A stretch of DNA of 64,000 nucleotides from Trichoplax adhaerens (lineage: Eukaryota > Animalia > Placozoa). Under the pieces are notes generated by a model, which did no database searches, was not told the DNA's origin, and worked only from the letters and a program-made list of their open reading frames with translations. This document shows positions 27,401-40,038 of the stretch, one piece after another. A program made the position numbers and the translations under genes. The stretch is taken from NCBI RefSeq assembly GCF_000150275.1, contig NW_002060949.1, positions 147,861 to 211,860 on the forward strand. Direction: 5' to 3'. How positions within the stretch are numbered: the stretch's first letter is position 1; every line of letters starts with the position of its first letter.

Positions 27401-28046
27401 ATCTATTCAAATTAACTGAACTATATCAAATATAGCTATCCGTATAATCAAATATGGATGTATCACTAGACTCCGTTTCTAGATACAGATATTACTTGTA
27501 CGAAAAGAGATCGGATGTATATTCGGCATGCTCTTCGATGAAATAAATGGGTTTGGAGGTAAGGTAGAGTCAGAGAGAGCGGGCATTTTGGCATGCCCTA
27601 CGGTAGGGCATATACTACAGCAGTCTTCTACTGTTTGAGCACAGTACACGTGTAATATAGTATCGTATGGATAGAGGTATAGAAAAACCGTGGCTTTGCT
27701 TTTGTTCATACTATACCATGTGGGTTTATAATTGTTAAGGTACTAACACTGCTAATACGTACTGTATACTTCTGCATCCGAGCCATTGTAATCATTGCCG
27801 TGATCTAGCTTGACCTAGTGGCAGATAGATTTAATTTAAGTAGCAACCCAAACTAGGAGGGAGTTTTTATAATCTAGCCTTCATTTATCATCAAATTAAC
27901 GTATAGCTTTTAAATTCTATAAGAATTGAAAGAATTTCAAGATAATCCCACCTCCACTTCTGTGTTTTGGTCATTCAGTACTCTATATTACAGTATACAG
28001 TACTGTATTATTCTTTTAAGTTAACATCAGGCGCAAGTGGAATTGG

Positions 28047-31000
28047 ATGAACAAACCTCTTGTGAAGTATCTTCAATTAAAACAACTATTGAAAGGAATA
28101 TACCGTAAAGTTATGGCTGCAGAAATAACTCCAGATAGTGTAGTACCTAATGATGGACCACCATCGCCTAAGAAGTTCAAAAGTTGCGATGAGAGTGACG
28201 GAAATGAGGTTTCATTTTGCTTGAGTGCTACAATCTAACTTACATATTTCGTAATACTTGGATTGATATTTATATGTGTACTGTATGTGTAACAAGTAAA
28301 TTTAATATTACATTACAACTGACAACAAATCCTTGATCATGATATGCATACCGTTCCATGCATGTCTCTATTGGTGTACTGAAATGTCATTCTTGATTGA
28401 TTGTAGTACCGTAGTTCCTATTTTACTTATACTGTACGGTAGTATGATTAATCAGTTAATTATGGCTAAACCGATCGTCAATGAAAGAACATCTCAAACA
28501 ACCTGCTATTACGAAAATTACCCTATTTTTTAAAAGCAGATGTACAGTGCTAGGTAGAATCATTTTAAAAGTACTTATTAGAAAGATAAGCAACCTGCAA
28601 TTTCGTTCTTAGTTGATGCTATGCAATATGGAAATGAATAGCACTATAAAGTTATTCTCAGCGATTGATCATATACAATTTGCAGTAGTTGTAAAATTGA
28701 AGTGGGAATTAACAGTGCAATGATGAAATATCATATTACTGTCGATAAACAGTAGAAAGCTTTCTAATTGCTGCCAACTGCATACTATTATGTCGTTACA
28801 GATTAATTTTAATTATAAATGCTCTAATTATACGGTACGCACAACAGACAAGGTTCTGTACCATAAGCGAAAGTGGTCTAAGAAAATATGCAACAATAGC
28901 CATGGATTTATTTGAAGTGATGGATTTATTGGTTATGCTGCGGTTATAATTCAATTGTTAATACACAAAATACAGCATACATGTAGGCGTACATTAGCTG
29001 CTAGTTCTAGGTCTATAATTGCAACTTTTAAATGAGTCAACTTTCCAGATGAATGATCTGGCGTCTGACGTATCGAAGAACAGCTGCATTTAATACATTT
29101 CGCTTACGATATGCATTTATTTATATATTAGGTCATACAAACTGTAACTCCTAATGATATCGGCAAGAAAAGAAAAGTTGCTTTGTTGCTAGGCTTTTGT
29201 GGTGCTGGATATTTTGGTATGCAGAGAAATCGGGGTACTAAAACAATTGAAGAGGATCTAATAAATGCCCTATTTAAAGCCGGTGCCATACCTGAAGCAG
29301 CGAAAGAGCACGAACAAAAGGTATGGAAGATTTTACTTCGTATTTGCTATGTTTAATTTACGAATCAAGTTATTCCCAAGTTTAAATTTACTGCTTTGTT
29401 GCTAAATTTATAGAATACTAGATTGTACTATATCATGTTGCTTTGTAACCTTGAGCATATTTAAGGCATGGTTAACGCCAACTTAGATTACGATATTACC
29501 ATTACGGTTTCGTTTGAATAGATGGCATTTCAACGTGCTTCCAGAACTGATAAAGGTGTGCATGCTGCTGCGCAAGTTGTATCATTTAAAATGTTTGTGG
29601 TTGATGATGTCATTGCTAAGATCAACTCTCATCTGCCGCGAGAGATACGCGTTTTTGGTCATTTTCGAGTTACCAAGGGTTTTAATTCTAAAACAGCATG
29701 TGATGCCAGAACATATAAATACGTAATGCCTACATATGCCTTTGCAAATAAGGAAAAGGTCTGCTCAAAACTTATGCTTTTTTAACTAATCAGATAGATT
29801 TTTAGCAATGTAATTGCTCTAAATTTAACTAAATTCAACATGCTTTAGATACAGATTTTTACGGTGATTTTCACCTGATATTAGGTGTAGTATTGATACA
29901 ATACTAAAATAATCCGTCTTCACCTTCACTAAATTGATTTAGCAAGTAGGCCGTGATTTCTTCATTTACCAGTACAGAATAGATCGTAAGTGATGACAGA
30001 AACAGAGACCCTGACGTATCTCATGACGACAATTTCTGTTACATTTTCTTCATGATAGTCTGGCATTACTGTTGTTTACTAACTATCAATTATCTCAGAA
30101 AAATATGTATATCTTGGTAATAGAAGCAACCATAAAGCACGTTCGGGATATACTGGCGATGTACGTTGGAACACGAAATTTTCACAATTTTACGTCAAAA
30201 AAGTAAGTAAGCATGTTTGCAATGATTAAAAAATTTCAATGCCTAAAACTCATTACATACTTTTCGTTGGCAATAAGTATGATTTAGATTTAGGAATTTG
30301 TATATTAAATTTATTACGCAATAAAAGGCAACGATATAAATTTGTATCATGATTTCTGATTCATTATTAATAATAAATGTATAATTTAGAGCTTATGAAG
30401 ATGACAGTGCTAAGAGATATATTATGCAATTTGACGTAAGTTAAGAAAATTACACAATTGGCTAGTTCAGATATCAAACGTTGCTTTCTTTGTTGTTGTA
30501 TAGTGTGGTCTCCCTTTTGTGCGAAATAACCTGGAATTTGTTACCCTTACTGTTAAGGGACAAAGTTTTATGCTTCATCAGATTCGTAAGATGATCGGTT
30601 AGTCACGGCCAGTAGATTTATAACAAACAAATCGCTTTCATTTGTTTACTTCCTATTGCGGTCTTTAACCCAAAATTTGTAGCTAATATCATGTCACATT
30701 TGTTAGGTCTTATGATAGGCATAGTACGTGGAGACGCAACGATTGAAGCAATGGAAAAAGCATGGGAGAAAGATAGGGTAATTATACAGTATAAGCAACG
30801 TTTAATGGAATTATTTTCATGTATTAAATGATAAACCAGTAGTTTCTGTAATAACTAATTGCAAAGGTTGATATACCGCGTGCACCTGGATTAGGCTTGA
30901 TGTTGTATCAGGTTAAAAATTTGACTTCAAAGACAATTAAGCCATGATCAAGCTTTAGCTCAAATCGCTCATGTTTTCCTGCAATTTTTTTTATTTTTTA

Positions 31001-31353
31001 GCTACATTATCATGCATATAATAGAAAGATCGAGCGTTTAGGAATACATTCAGCTATTGATAACACGATATTTGATAAAGAGATTGAAAAATTTACGGAT
31101 GAATGTATTAACGAGCATATTATCCAGAAGGAAACGAAAGAATTTTGGTAGGTATATAATTTACGGTTTTGATCCTACTTGTTAACATTGCTATTTATAG
31201 TTTCAATTCAATCTTCCTTTTAGTTTCTTAAAGTGGCTCGAATCTTTAACCTATCATTCATTTGATGACCAACCACGTTCCGCACGTGATCAGACTTTAG
31301 AAAATCCTTCTAAATGTAATAATGACTCTAATTCTGGTAAAGAGATGGAATAG
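28047..31353 (+). CDS. PUS1: tRNA pseudouridine synthase 1 (TruA family), multi-exon
   Basis: Spliced text includes [47 protein letters not shown] (catalytic Asp), [41 protein letters not shown] and IPRAPGLGL. Stop TAG at 31351-31353. Confidence 0.93.
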
Positions 31354-32785
31354 CGATGCTTAATTAGCATTTGTGGATCTTCTGATGAAAGCTTTAATGT
31401 TACAGAAATTTAAAACTGTAAATAATTTTAGTATTTTTAATTTGATTATCGATCTTTTGAAAATAAAGTCAATCATTCAATATATCCTTTAGTTGTATAG
31501 CTTTACATATCTTGCAAAATCTTTATAATTATTAATTTGACGTAATTAGTAATACCATATTCACTGATTATAGAGTAGCAGTCTGACTTAATATCTAGTA
31601 CAGTATAATTATCACCCAATGCTACAGTAAATACTGTAATCTCTTTTTCAATGAGTTGACTATTTGCGAATATATGTCGTAGCATGAATAAAATCTCAAG
31701 TTACATGTATATCTGTACAAATGCGTGTGAAATCATATATCTCATGTTGTGTAGCATATTTTAAGAAAGTTAACTAGTTTGGGTGGTTATGATATATTAG
31801 AAATATCTATAATTTTCTCCGAAGGTTTTGAGACAATATTTATCATGCTCGAATTATGAATCTTCTAAGCTAGAGAAAGTATGAATAGTATGCTTTTACA
31901 GTCTGCATACTACATACCGTATTTTGAATATTTGTATCAACTATTTATTGCATGTAAATATAATCACCTTTGATTCGGTAGAGTTATTAATTTTTATTTT
32001 TACTAGTTCACTGCCCGTCATCTTACTAGCGGGTACTCTACCTTAGTAGTATTTATAATAATCTAGCATGCATACATTTTAGAAATTCAGTTTCGGTCAC
32101 ATTACTACATAAATGACATAATACGTACACCCATGCAAAAAGAGCGCGATATCTGGAATGCAATATGCACATACCGTATATGGTACGTTACAAGATACAC
32201 AAGTATAACATTGGCCGATATGTGGTAAACAACAGTCGAAAATTCTGACGGCTAAGTTCATCCTCTAGAAATTTGTAACATGGGCCTCTACCAGTGAGCG
32301 TAATATTTCTGAAAAGTCTCAGTTATTGATGTTAATTAAGTATACTTGCAGTGAATAAGATATTATGACTATAGATCTGAAATAACATGGTACAGGTCAT
32401 GATGTTCTATTACTCGTAGCGTCATCAATAACTTGGCTTATGATGCCAGGACATGTGTATGTATGTTGAACAAATACATAATACTGTCCGCAAAATACTG
32501 CGTACGGGTTAAGCTAATTTGTAGTAATAAGATTGAAGCTGCTTGGTAAGCAAGAGAATTTTCATTATCAAATACTGTTTAATGCAATTTTCACACTTTA
32601 TTTATGCAATCCAGGCTATGTACAGGATTTTCAGATAGCTCGATAAAATGTAGCTAATTATAGTATATGTTGATAGTCTAGTATAAAGCAGTGACACATG
32701 GTATTTATCTTAATGACAATTGGTACAGATCAAAGCAGATGTTAGTCAGTCATATGTAAGTTAAAAAATTTATTAACTTTGCAGG

Positions 32786-35700
32786 CTACTGTAGACCGAG
32801 CGTGAAGTCATTACCTCCGTTTTCTTTTGATAAATTAAAAAGGGATTTAATATTTTTCCTGTTTAAAAAAAACATGATATCGTTAAAACGAACAATAGAT
32901 TACTTAATTTTAATTAATAACCCATCATTTTGGTAGTAAATCTATAGCTGAAATGATAAGTGAAAGTTATATTGGAATAATTGTTTTATTTTGTTACTCA
33001 CAGGTCTGCGTTGTCAAAGTTTACACTTTGTTGCACTTTATCCAGCATTGTGTCTGGTAAATAATATCCAGCAGCAAAAATTGATCGACAAATTTTCTTG
33101 GTATACGTAAAACAGTGGTTAAGTTCTCTGACTGAAGAGTATTACTCCGCAAATTGTATACACTCGTGTTGTTAATCATTTAATGCAGCTAAAATCAGAG
33201 CGAATACTTACTTTAGTAGCAGGTGCATCTGAAGCTGCAACACTGCCAACAAATAACGCTTGCAATGCTGTGAAACTAATGAGAAAAAATTGCAACAAAT
33301 AGGTGCGTCAGTATCAATTAATATCTGTTCTACACAAGAAGAAGATTATGTCTTACTTTAATTGAACTTTAAAGTTAGTACGTTCCTTAGCAAGTTTCCT
33401 ATGTAAGCAAACAAGACCGGAAAGATTACGTTAAATTCTTATGTAATGATTAATACCATTAATTACGCGTAATTTTACCAAGCTTCGTCGAGATGTCCGC
33501 AAACGACATTGAGTCGTATCAATTCTCCAAGCATAAATGAGGACAGCCTGATAAAATATGGATATAAAAGCAGTAATTATATGACTATCGTAGTTCGTTC
33601 AATGTGAAATTTCAATAGTATACTAACGTGGCAGGATTAGCAGTGCGCTGTGTCGCTTGGAAACATTCTGTAGCTACTTGTCTGCATATATTTAAAGACT
33701 ATAGGGTACGAGTGATCGTTACTGTCTTAATTTTCTAAAATGAGCTGTAAAATTTAAATTTCCTGGAAATCATGAAGGCTTCTACTTGCCTCAGTATCGG
33801 TTACGGTCATTTTTAACGCCGAAAATACTGCTCCACACATTCTTTCGCTTAGCACCAGTTTATATTTTTGTATTTCTGTTTTATAAAAATTTATTCATTT
33901 AAATAGCACTGAGATGACTCAAAAAAGTATCGTAAACTTGTATATACCATTCCACATTTTTAGAACATATTTGGGTTGGTTGAAACGCCGCGCGTTCTGC
34001 AATATCATAACTATATAGTTAAGTCCACCATGACCGCGTGGAACAAAGTGCTAGGAGATACAAGTTAGCAGTATTACCTTTAACTGTTATGAATAGTAAT
34101 CTGCTGGATAGTGGCATACCTTTGGTACAATAGCACTATAGCAATTCCAAACTAATTCGGGTTCTACATTCGAGCATATTATTGCGAGGAAGGACGACCT
34201 TTAATCAACGAAAAAAGCAAGGTATGATAGCTATAATGGATAAGTCCTAAGAATTGTCTCTTTTGATACTACCTCTACCAGTAAATTATAGTATTAACAT
34301 ACAAGAAATCTCTGTCACTTTTTACGAATTGCCAATTATCGTCGGCTAATTTGAAAATTCTGACAGCTAAATCTGCATCATCTAACTTCACTGCCTATAA
34401 TACAAAGGGTAATGAGATCAAGCGTGTCTTTAGCGTATCATAAACCTGGAACGTCTATATGTGTTGGATATTGAAAGTAAAATTTACAAACCACTTGGAC
34501 TATCGTATTCATAAAGTTCACTAAATGTGTTTAAAAAACGATAATGTAAGTACATGAATACCAGAGTTGACAATTAGATATAAGGCATTTTGTATTTACT
34601 GTCATCTGGGTGTTGAAGAATCCATTTTTCGAAGTTGGACTGTTCAAGAGTGCTGACAATTTCGTATGGAAGACTGTCTAATTCGCCTTATTTGATAGAA
34701 AAAATTTAGTATCTAGAACTGTTAATGTGTCCAAGAGATTTGCTACGTACCTCGACAGGCCTTCAACATGTTATCGAATACGGCTAAACTAGGCTCTAGA
34801 ATAGATGTAAAGATATTGTAATTAGAGCACTTCATCGTATCTCAATAAGTCGCAAATAATTCCAGGAATAAAGTCTACACACCTATGCCGATAGTTTTCA
34901 TCTCTCTTACAATTTCCATTACCTTCATCTTTGATTGGTTCGAATGGAGAGCCAATTTTAGCAATGTTATAAATGTTTCTAACGAAAAGCGATAATTACA
35001 ACTTAACAAATTTATAATCACATGGAATCATTCGTATCCAAACGCTGGCATTAATAATAATAAATTAAATAGTGAACACTGACATTACTTCGTACTTACC
35101 TAGATCTGGAGAGACCGCTGGTTCGTCTTGCATATGATGCACAAGTTGCTAAATTAATTACAAGGGAACAGGAATTGATAAAAAAAATGTATAAGATCTA
35201 TCGTTCAATGCAATATATCTATTCAGATATGACTACTTTAAGAGGTAGGTACTACACTACCTCAGCGGAAATCCAACGCTTTGGCGGTATTATTTCATAA
35301 ACAATACTTTGAAGCAACGCATTGTAAGCGGCAGTGGTTCCTGGTGAATTAATTATATGAAAAGATATAAGATATCGTCTTACAATACAGTATAAATTTT
35401 AGATCTGATTAGGATTGTTTAGTTTTAGTGATTATGTAAGAATTCATTTATCATCTATTTGCCTTGAAGTTGATTTTGTCGCATTTCTTTAAACAACTCC
35501 CACGCTCGTTTGGATTCCTTAAACTAAATTAATTAAAAAGATAGCTAAACAGCTAGTAGATTATACCTGTAGTGATATTACATTATAGGTTAAAACCTAC
35601 TTTTAGAGTTCCGAGGATCATTGCACTATAAGAAATTCCATCTTTTTCTTTCATCCTCGAGAAGAAGACTTCTGCCATGTTAGATTTACTAAAATCGAAC

Positions 35701-38618
35701 AGATTAAGCGATTGATGATATCATTGTTTTTATACTATCCTTGTTGATACAGGTTGACGTAACGCATTATTAACTAGGTATAGTTGCAAACAAAATTAAA
35801 TTCATTATCACGTTACCTCCAAGCTACAGGACTAGCTGATTTTGCATCCGTATGCATGTTTGCTAATCGTTTAGCTAATCCATCCATAAAGCTATCTTCT
35901 TTCTTTTCATCTGTTGATTGTACGTTATCCTCCGTGCTTGCTTGCATTTGCTCCTCAACATCATTCTCGTTCTTTTTATCTTCAGACTTTGTGTCATCAT
36001 CCATCCTTTCTTGAATTTGGTCCTTAACATCGTATTGATCAGAATGGATAAATCAAATAAATTTCATGATTACACAAGAGGAATTGTTATGGCAATATTG
36101 CATAATCAGATATTTATATAATTTTACTACGGTGATACATCAGTGTATCTGCATCTAGTGAGGGTGAATATGAAGAAATAACGTGTTATATTATAATTTA
36201 GCAAGTAATATCAATGACCAACCATAACAGAAACAAAATCAGGCGCCTTGTTGGTAACTCCTATGCCTTTAAGGGCGTACAATTCCAGTAATTCGTTCTG
36301 AGCGGCTAATGGTATTTCTCTACCTGATTAAGATTATTATTTCGAGCAGACAGTAATAACAGTTACGTTATTTTCTTGTTTCTCATTGGCTATATAGTGT
36401 AAAGTTCTTAAAAGTTGATTCTCTACCTTTCCTGGTTATTCCACGATATATTTTTCTGGCTTTATAGACATCTCCATCGCGGATGCATCCTAAGTCAGAA
36501 TAAGTTTTCGATTCAATTAAACAGTTGTAAATCTTTAAAAATAATGGTATGGTATAACCGAGTCGGCTGATATTGTGTTGATCGGCATCAACTGTACAAA
36601 TACATACTTTTCAAACCAAAAACATTGAAACCAATTCTATTCCTGGATCTCTTGGATAGTAAATTGGTATTATACTAAGGAAATGACGAGCAAATATATG
36701 TATGCAGGTTAGATTAAAGCATCATGCAGAGTTCAATCTAAACAGTATGGCTAAAGTAAGACTAAAACGCCACAGACAGTGAGAGTTTACAGTGTAGGGG
36801 TATACCGGTTTCATTTCTCTTAGCGGCAAGTATTTTCTACAATGTTCTATGACATAATCAGCAGCATCTTCACCCGCTTTTCTTGCATTCTTAAAATCTC
36901 TCTAATGACACAATAACTGTTTATTAATAAAGCGGACTATATGCCTGCCATCCTACTGTAAGAAGTAGTAATGTTGATGTATTATTGCAGTGAACAGTTA
37001 CGTAATCTAGAGAATTTACAATAAATTAAATTATTCTAAACAGTTGTGATATACCGCATCTTTGTCATCAACTGGGAGCAAGTGTAAATCCAGTATGTAA
37101 TCATTTAGTAATTCCGCGTGTTTACTTTCCTACGTTCGTGAATAATGGAATATAACTATTAATAATAATTCTTAGACTACTTTAACCTTATTTTTAGTTA
37201 AAAAGTGACAAAAAATTTGGGTACAGTAACTTACCATGACTACAGTTGGAGTAAGCGCTTGCAGTACTTTGCTAGGTGTTCCAAGGACAGAAAGTAAAAA
37301 AGAAATTTTATTGGAAGAAATGGCTTGCATTGACAGCTGAGTGAACTTGGCTATTATAATTATAATACAATAACGTTCTATGCTATCGCATTTTCGTTCA
37401 TAGTAGTTAATTTGAAACTTATATACGCACGTATATTAATTATTTGGGTATGCTACTAATTAATTGTTAACCTCTTTCTATGATCTTCCTTGAATAATGC
37501 TAGATTAGATAATTTTTTATCCTCTGCTAACCTAGATAAGAACCTGCTATATAATGCAATTGAAAAAGTTAAAGATTGGAAGTCGGTAATGTGACAAATT
37601 AACTATTGTCATACGTATTATAACCAAGATATTTCAATCGCTGGTGATAAGAATAATTATTTCTTAGGGTTTTACAATGCTGGCAGCTGTTCTGATGTTC
37701 TACATAGGAATTATTCTCATGCTACACTTTTACAGACCATCTACTGCTGCAGAATAGTTGTGCATGTGTTATACAAGATATTGACAAATTCACTACTCGT
37801 TCAAACGAAACACAACTAATGATGTTCATCTCATTGAAACTTGCATAGTATTCTAACTACTGCACTGTAGATTAAAAGAGTCTACTTTTATACATCGAAT
37901 TTTCCAATTGTTATCACACTTAAATCGCTATTAACTGTTCGTTTAAGTATTATACCAACAACGATGTATCTCTAATGAAGCATTTGCTATATATAGTATT
38001 AGCAAGCTAAAGTCCGAATTAAGTTTAAGAACGACTATTTGCTAAAGGGAAAGAAAATAAACTTTGTTTAGTCCTTTCAGCTCACTAAACACTTACGTAG
38101 AGCAATAAAATCTATTCATATGATTAACATTATACTTTAAGCACTCCAGCACAATTCCGCTATCATACAGTATTTCACTTTCAAAGTCCGTAATCATATA
38201 TACGAGTCCTGTACTGCACTGTAAAAGATAACAGCATTTAACAAGTTGTTGAAAATGAAATGAACTGTAAACTATACTAAAAGTATAATACGAACGAAAT
38301 ATGCACATCATAATCTAACAACATCTTACTCTCTCTCTCACGTTTACTGTAATTCAATGCTTAGTTGATAAATGTTGCACATTTACGGATGTCTACTGTA
38401 GGTTAGACGGTATATTGCACAAGCTTTAGTCAAACTTGTGATAACCACAGTTCAACCATCGCCTACTTCTTCACTAGCTACAGAATTAAGATAAAAAATG
38501 ATATAGCAACTTAATTGAGTTCATACCTATTATAAATGAGTGTATTGATACTAGAATAAGGAGTTAACCGAGGCCGTAGCCGATAACTGAGAGGAATAAA
38601 GTGACGATATGCAGCCAT
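32786..38618 (-). CDS. PTCD3: Pentatricopeptide repeat protein PTCD3 / mitoribosomal mS39, multi-exon
   Basis: Mitochondrial-presequence-like start MAAYRHFIPLSYRLRPRFLSRL. KVLQALTPTV, LDLHLLP and ARKAGEDAADYVIEHCRKYL resemble the PTCD3 N-terminus. PPR-like segments RAWELFKEMRQNQL and TTAAYNALLQS. Last exon KNIKSLFNL...GLQ*. Some internal junctions are approximate. Confidence 0.75.
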
Positions 38619-40038
38619 GATGAAGATTAGGAAGGCTGGAAGGGACAAGCTCTCAACCTCTGCAACAGCTGCAGTCTGCCTCGGTACAGAGGAGAGCGAG
38701 AATAAGGTCTATCGTCGTGGCTTCTGGCCTGTGTACAGTACTCATACAGTACTTGGACCATGGACTAAATTGCTAGACATACGAATTTATACTGCGCAAA
38801 ATAGATTGTCACCTCATTGACCTTTCCTTCTTATGCACAGATGGATTCATACGGTAAAACCAGTCCTATGGTATCGAACGATATGACAACTCATTTTGCA
38901 CAGCTATCGGTACAGACGTACAGACGGCACAAACTGAAACTCCATGCTGTATCTCCGTAGTGTACTGTCGCAAGTATCTATGAGTGCGCCTGTGCAATTG
39001 GCAGTCATTCAGACAGACAGAACAGAATCAATAAAGAAATGAAATCAATAACGTAAAATAAAATTAAAGTAACATTAATTAACAGTTATTTAATATTTTA
39101 AGTGAGATGAAATGCTGCTTACAGTACTCTAAACCTTTAGAGATGAAGAAAACCTAAATGGCTGTAAATACTCTTTTCTTTTCATGTAATGCAATCTTTG
39201 AAAGAGTCTATAAAATCCTGCATTCGCATTTCAACATTTGTCTCTGCACGTGTAAGCTATACAGTGCCATAAATTGAAATGGGATCGTGAGACATTGGAG
39301 TAAACCAAATGAAGTCAGCTCAGATTTAACAAGGCATGCTTGTATAATGTACAGCATAGAGATTAATGAAAAACTTTTTTCTTTATGCCGTACAGTGTGG
39401 ATTTAATTACAGTAAAATTTTAAAATATTTACATCATCGCTTTTCAATAATACAGTTCCTTGTGACATTAATAGATAACTAGTAGTGAGTAAAAATGTTT
39501 TGTGATACAGTACAGCTAAAGCAAAGATTGTACTATATATCTTCATTGCAATAATTTGTTTGTTACCTAGATAGGAAGAACACCGATATTCATTAAGTTG
39601 ACCATTAAATGGTACAAATTCCAAGATTCCCAAGTAATGCGTATGATGAACGATTAATACGACCGATAGATACGGATGGACGTGGATACAGTATCATATA
39701 TAAGTACAAACTATAGACAGTACAAAATCTATAGATCCTGAGTATTTAGATTCTTGAAGATGGTAAAGCAATTATAGATGTATGGGACAGTTATAAGATT
39801 TATCTAGAATATGTTATAAGCTTATAAATGCTAAAACAAATTAATAAGCGACAGATACAGTATAACAACTATTAATTTAGCCTACATACGCGCACTTATA
39901 TTGTAGTCACACCTATGCTATGCCAATATAGGCGTATGGCAATTTTGCTATTATAGAAATATAAATTGATGGCAGCGGCGGTAAAATTATTTGGATGCTT
40001 TATTATAATCCATATATTTATTTGCTTTCTTAAAAAAT

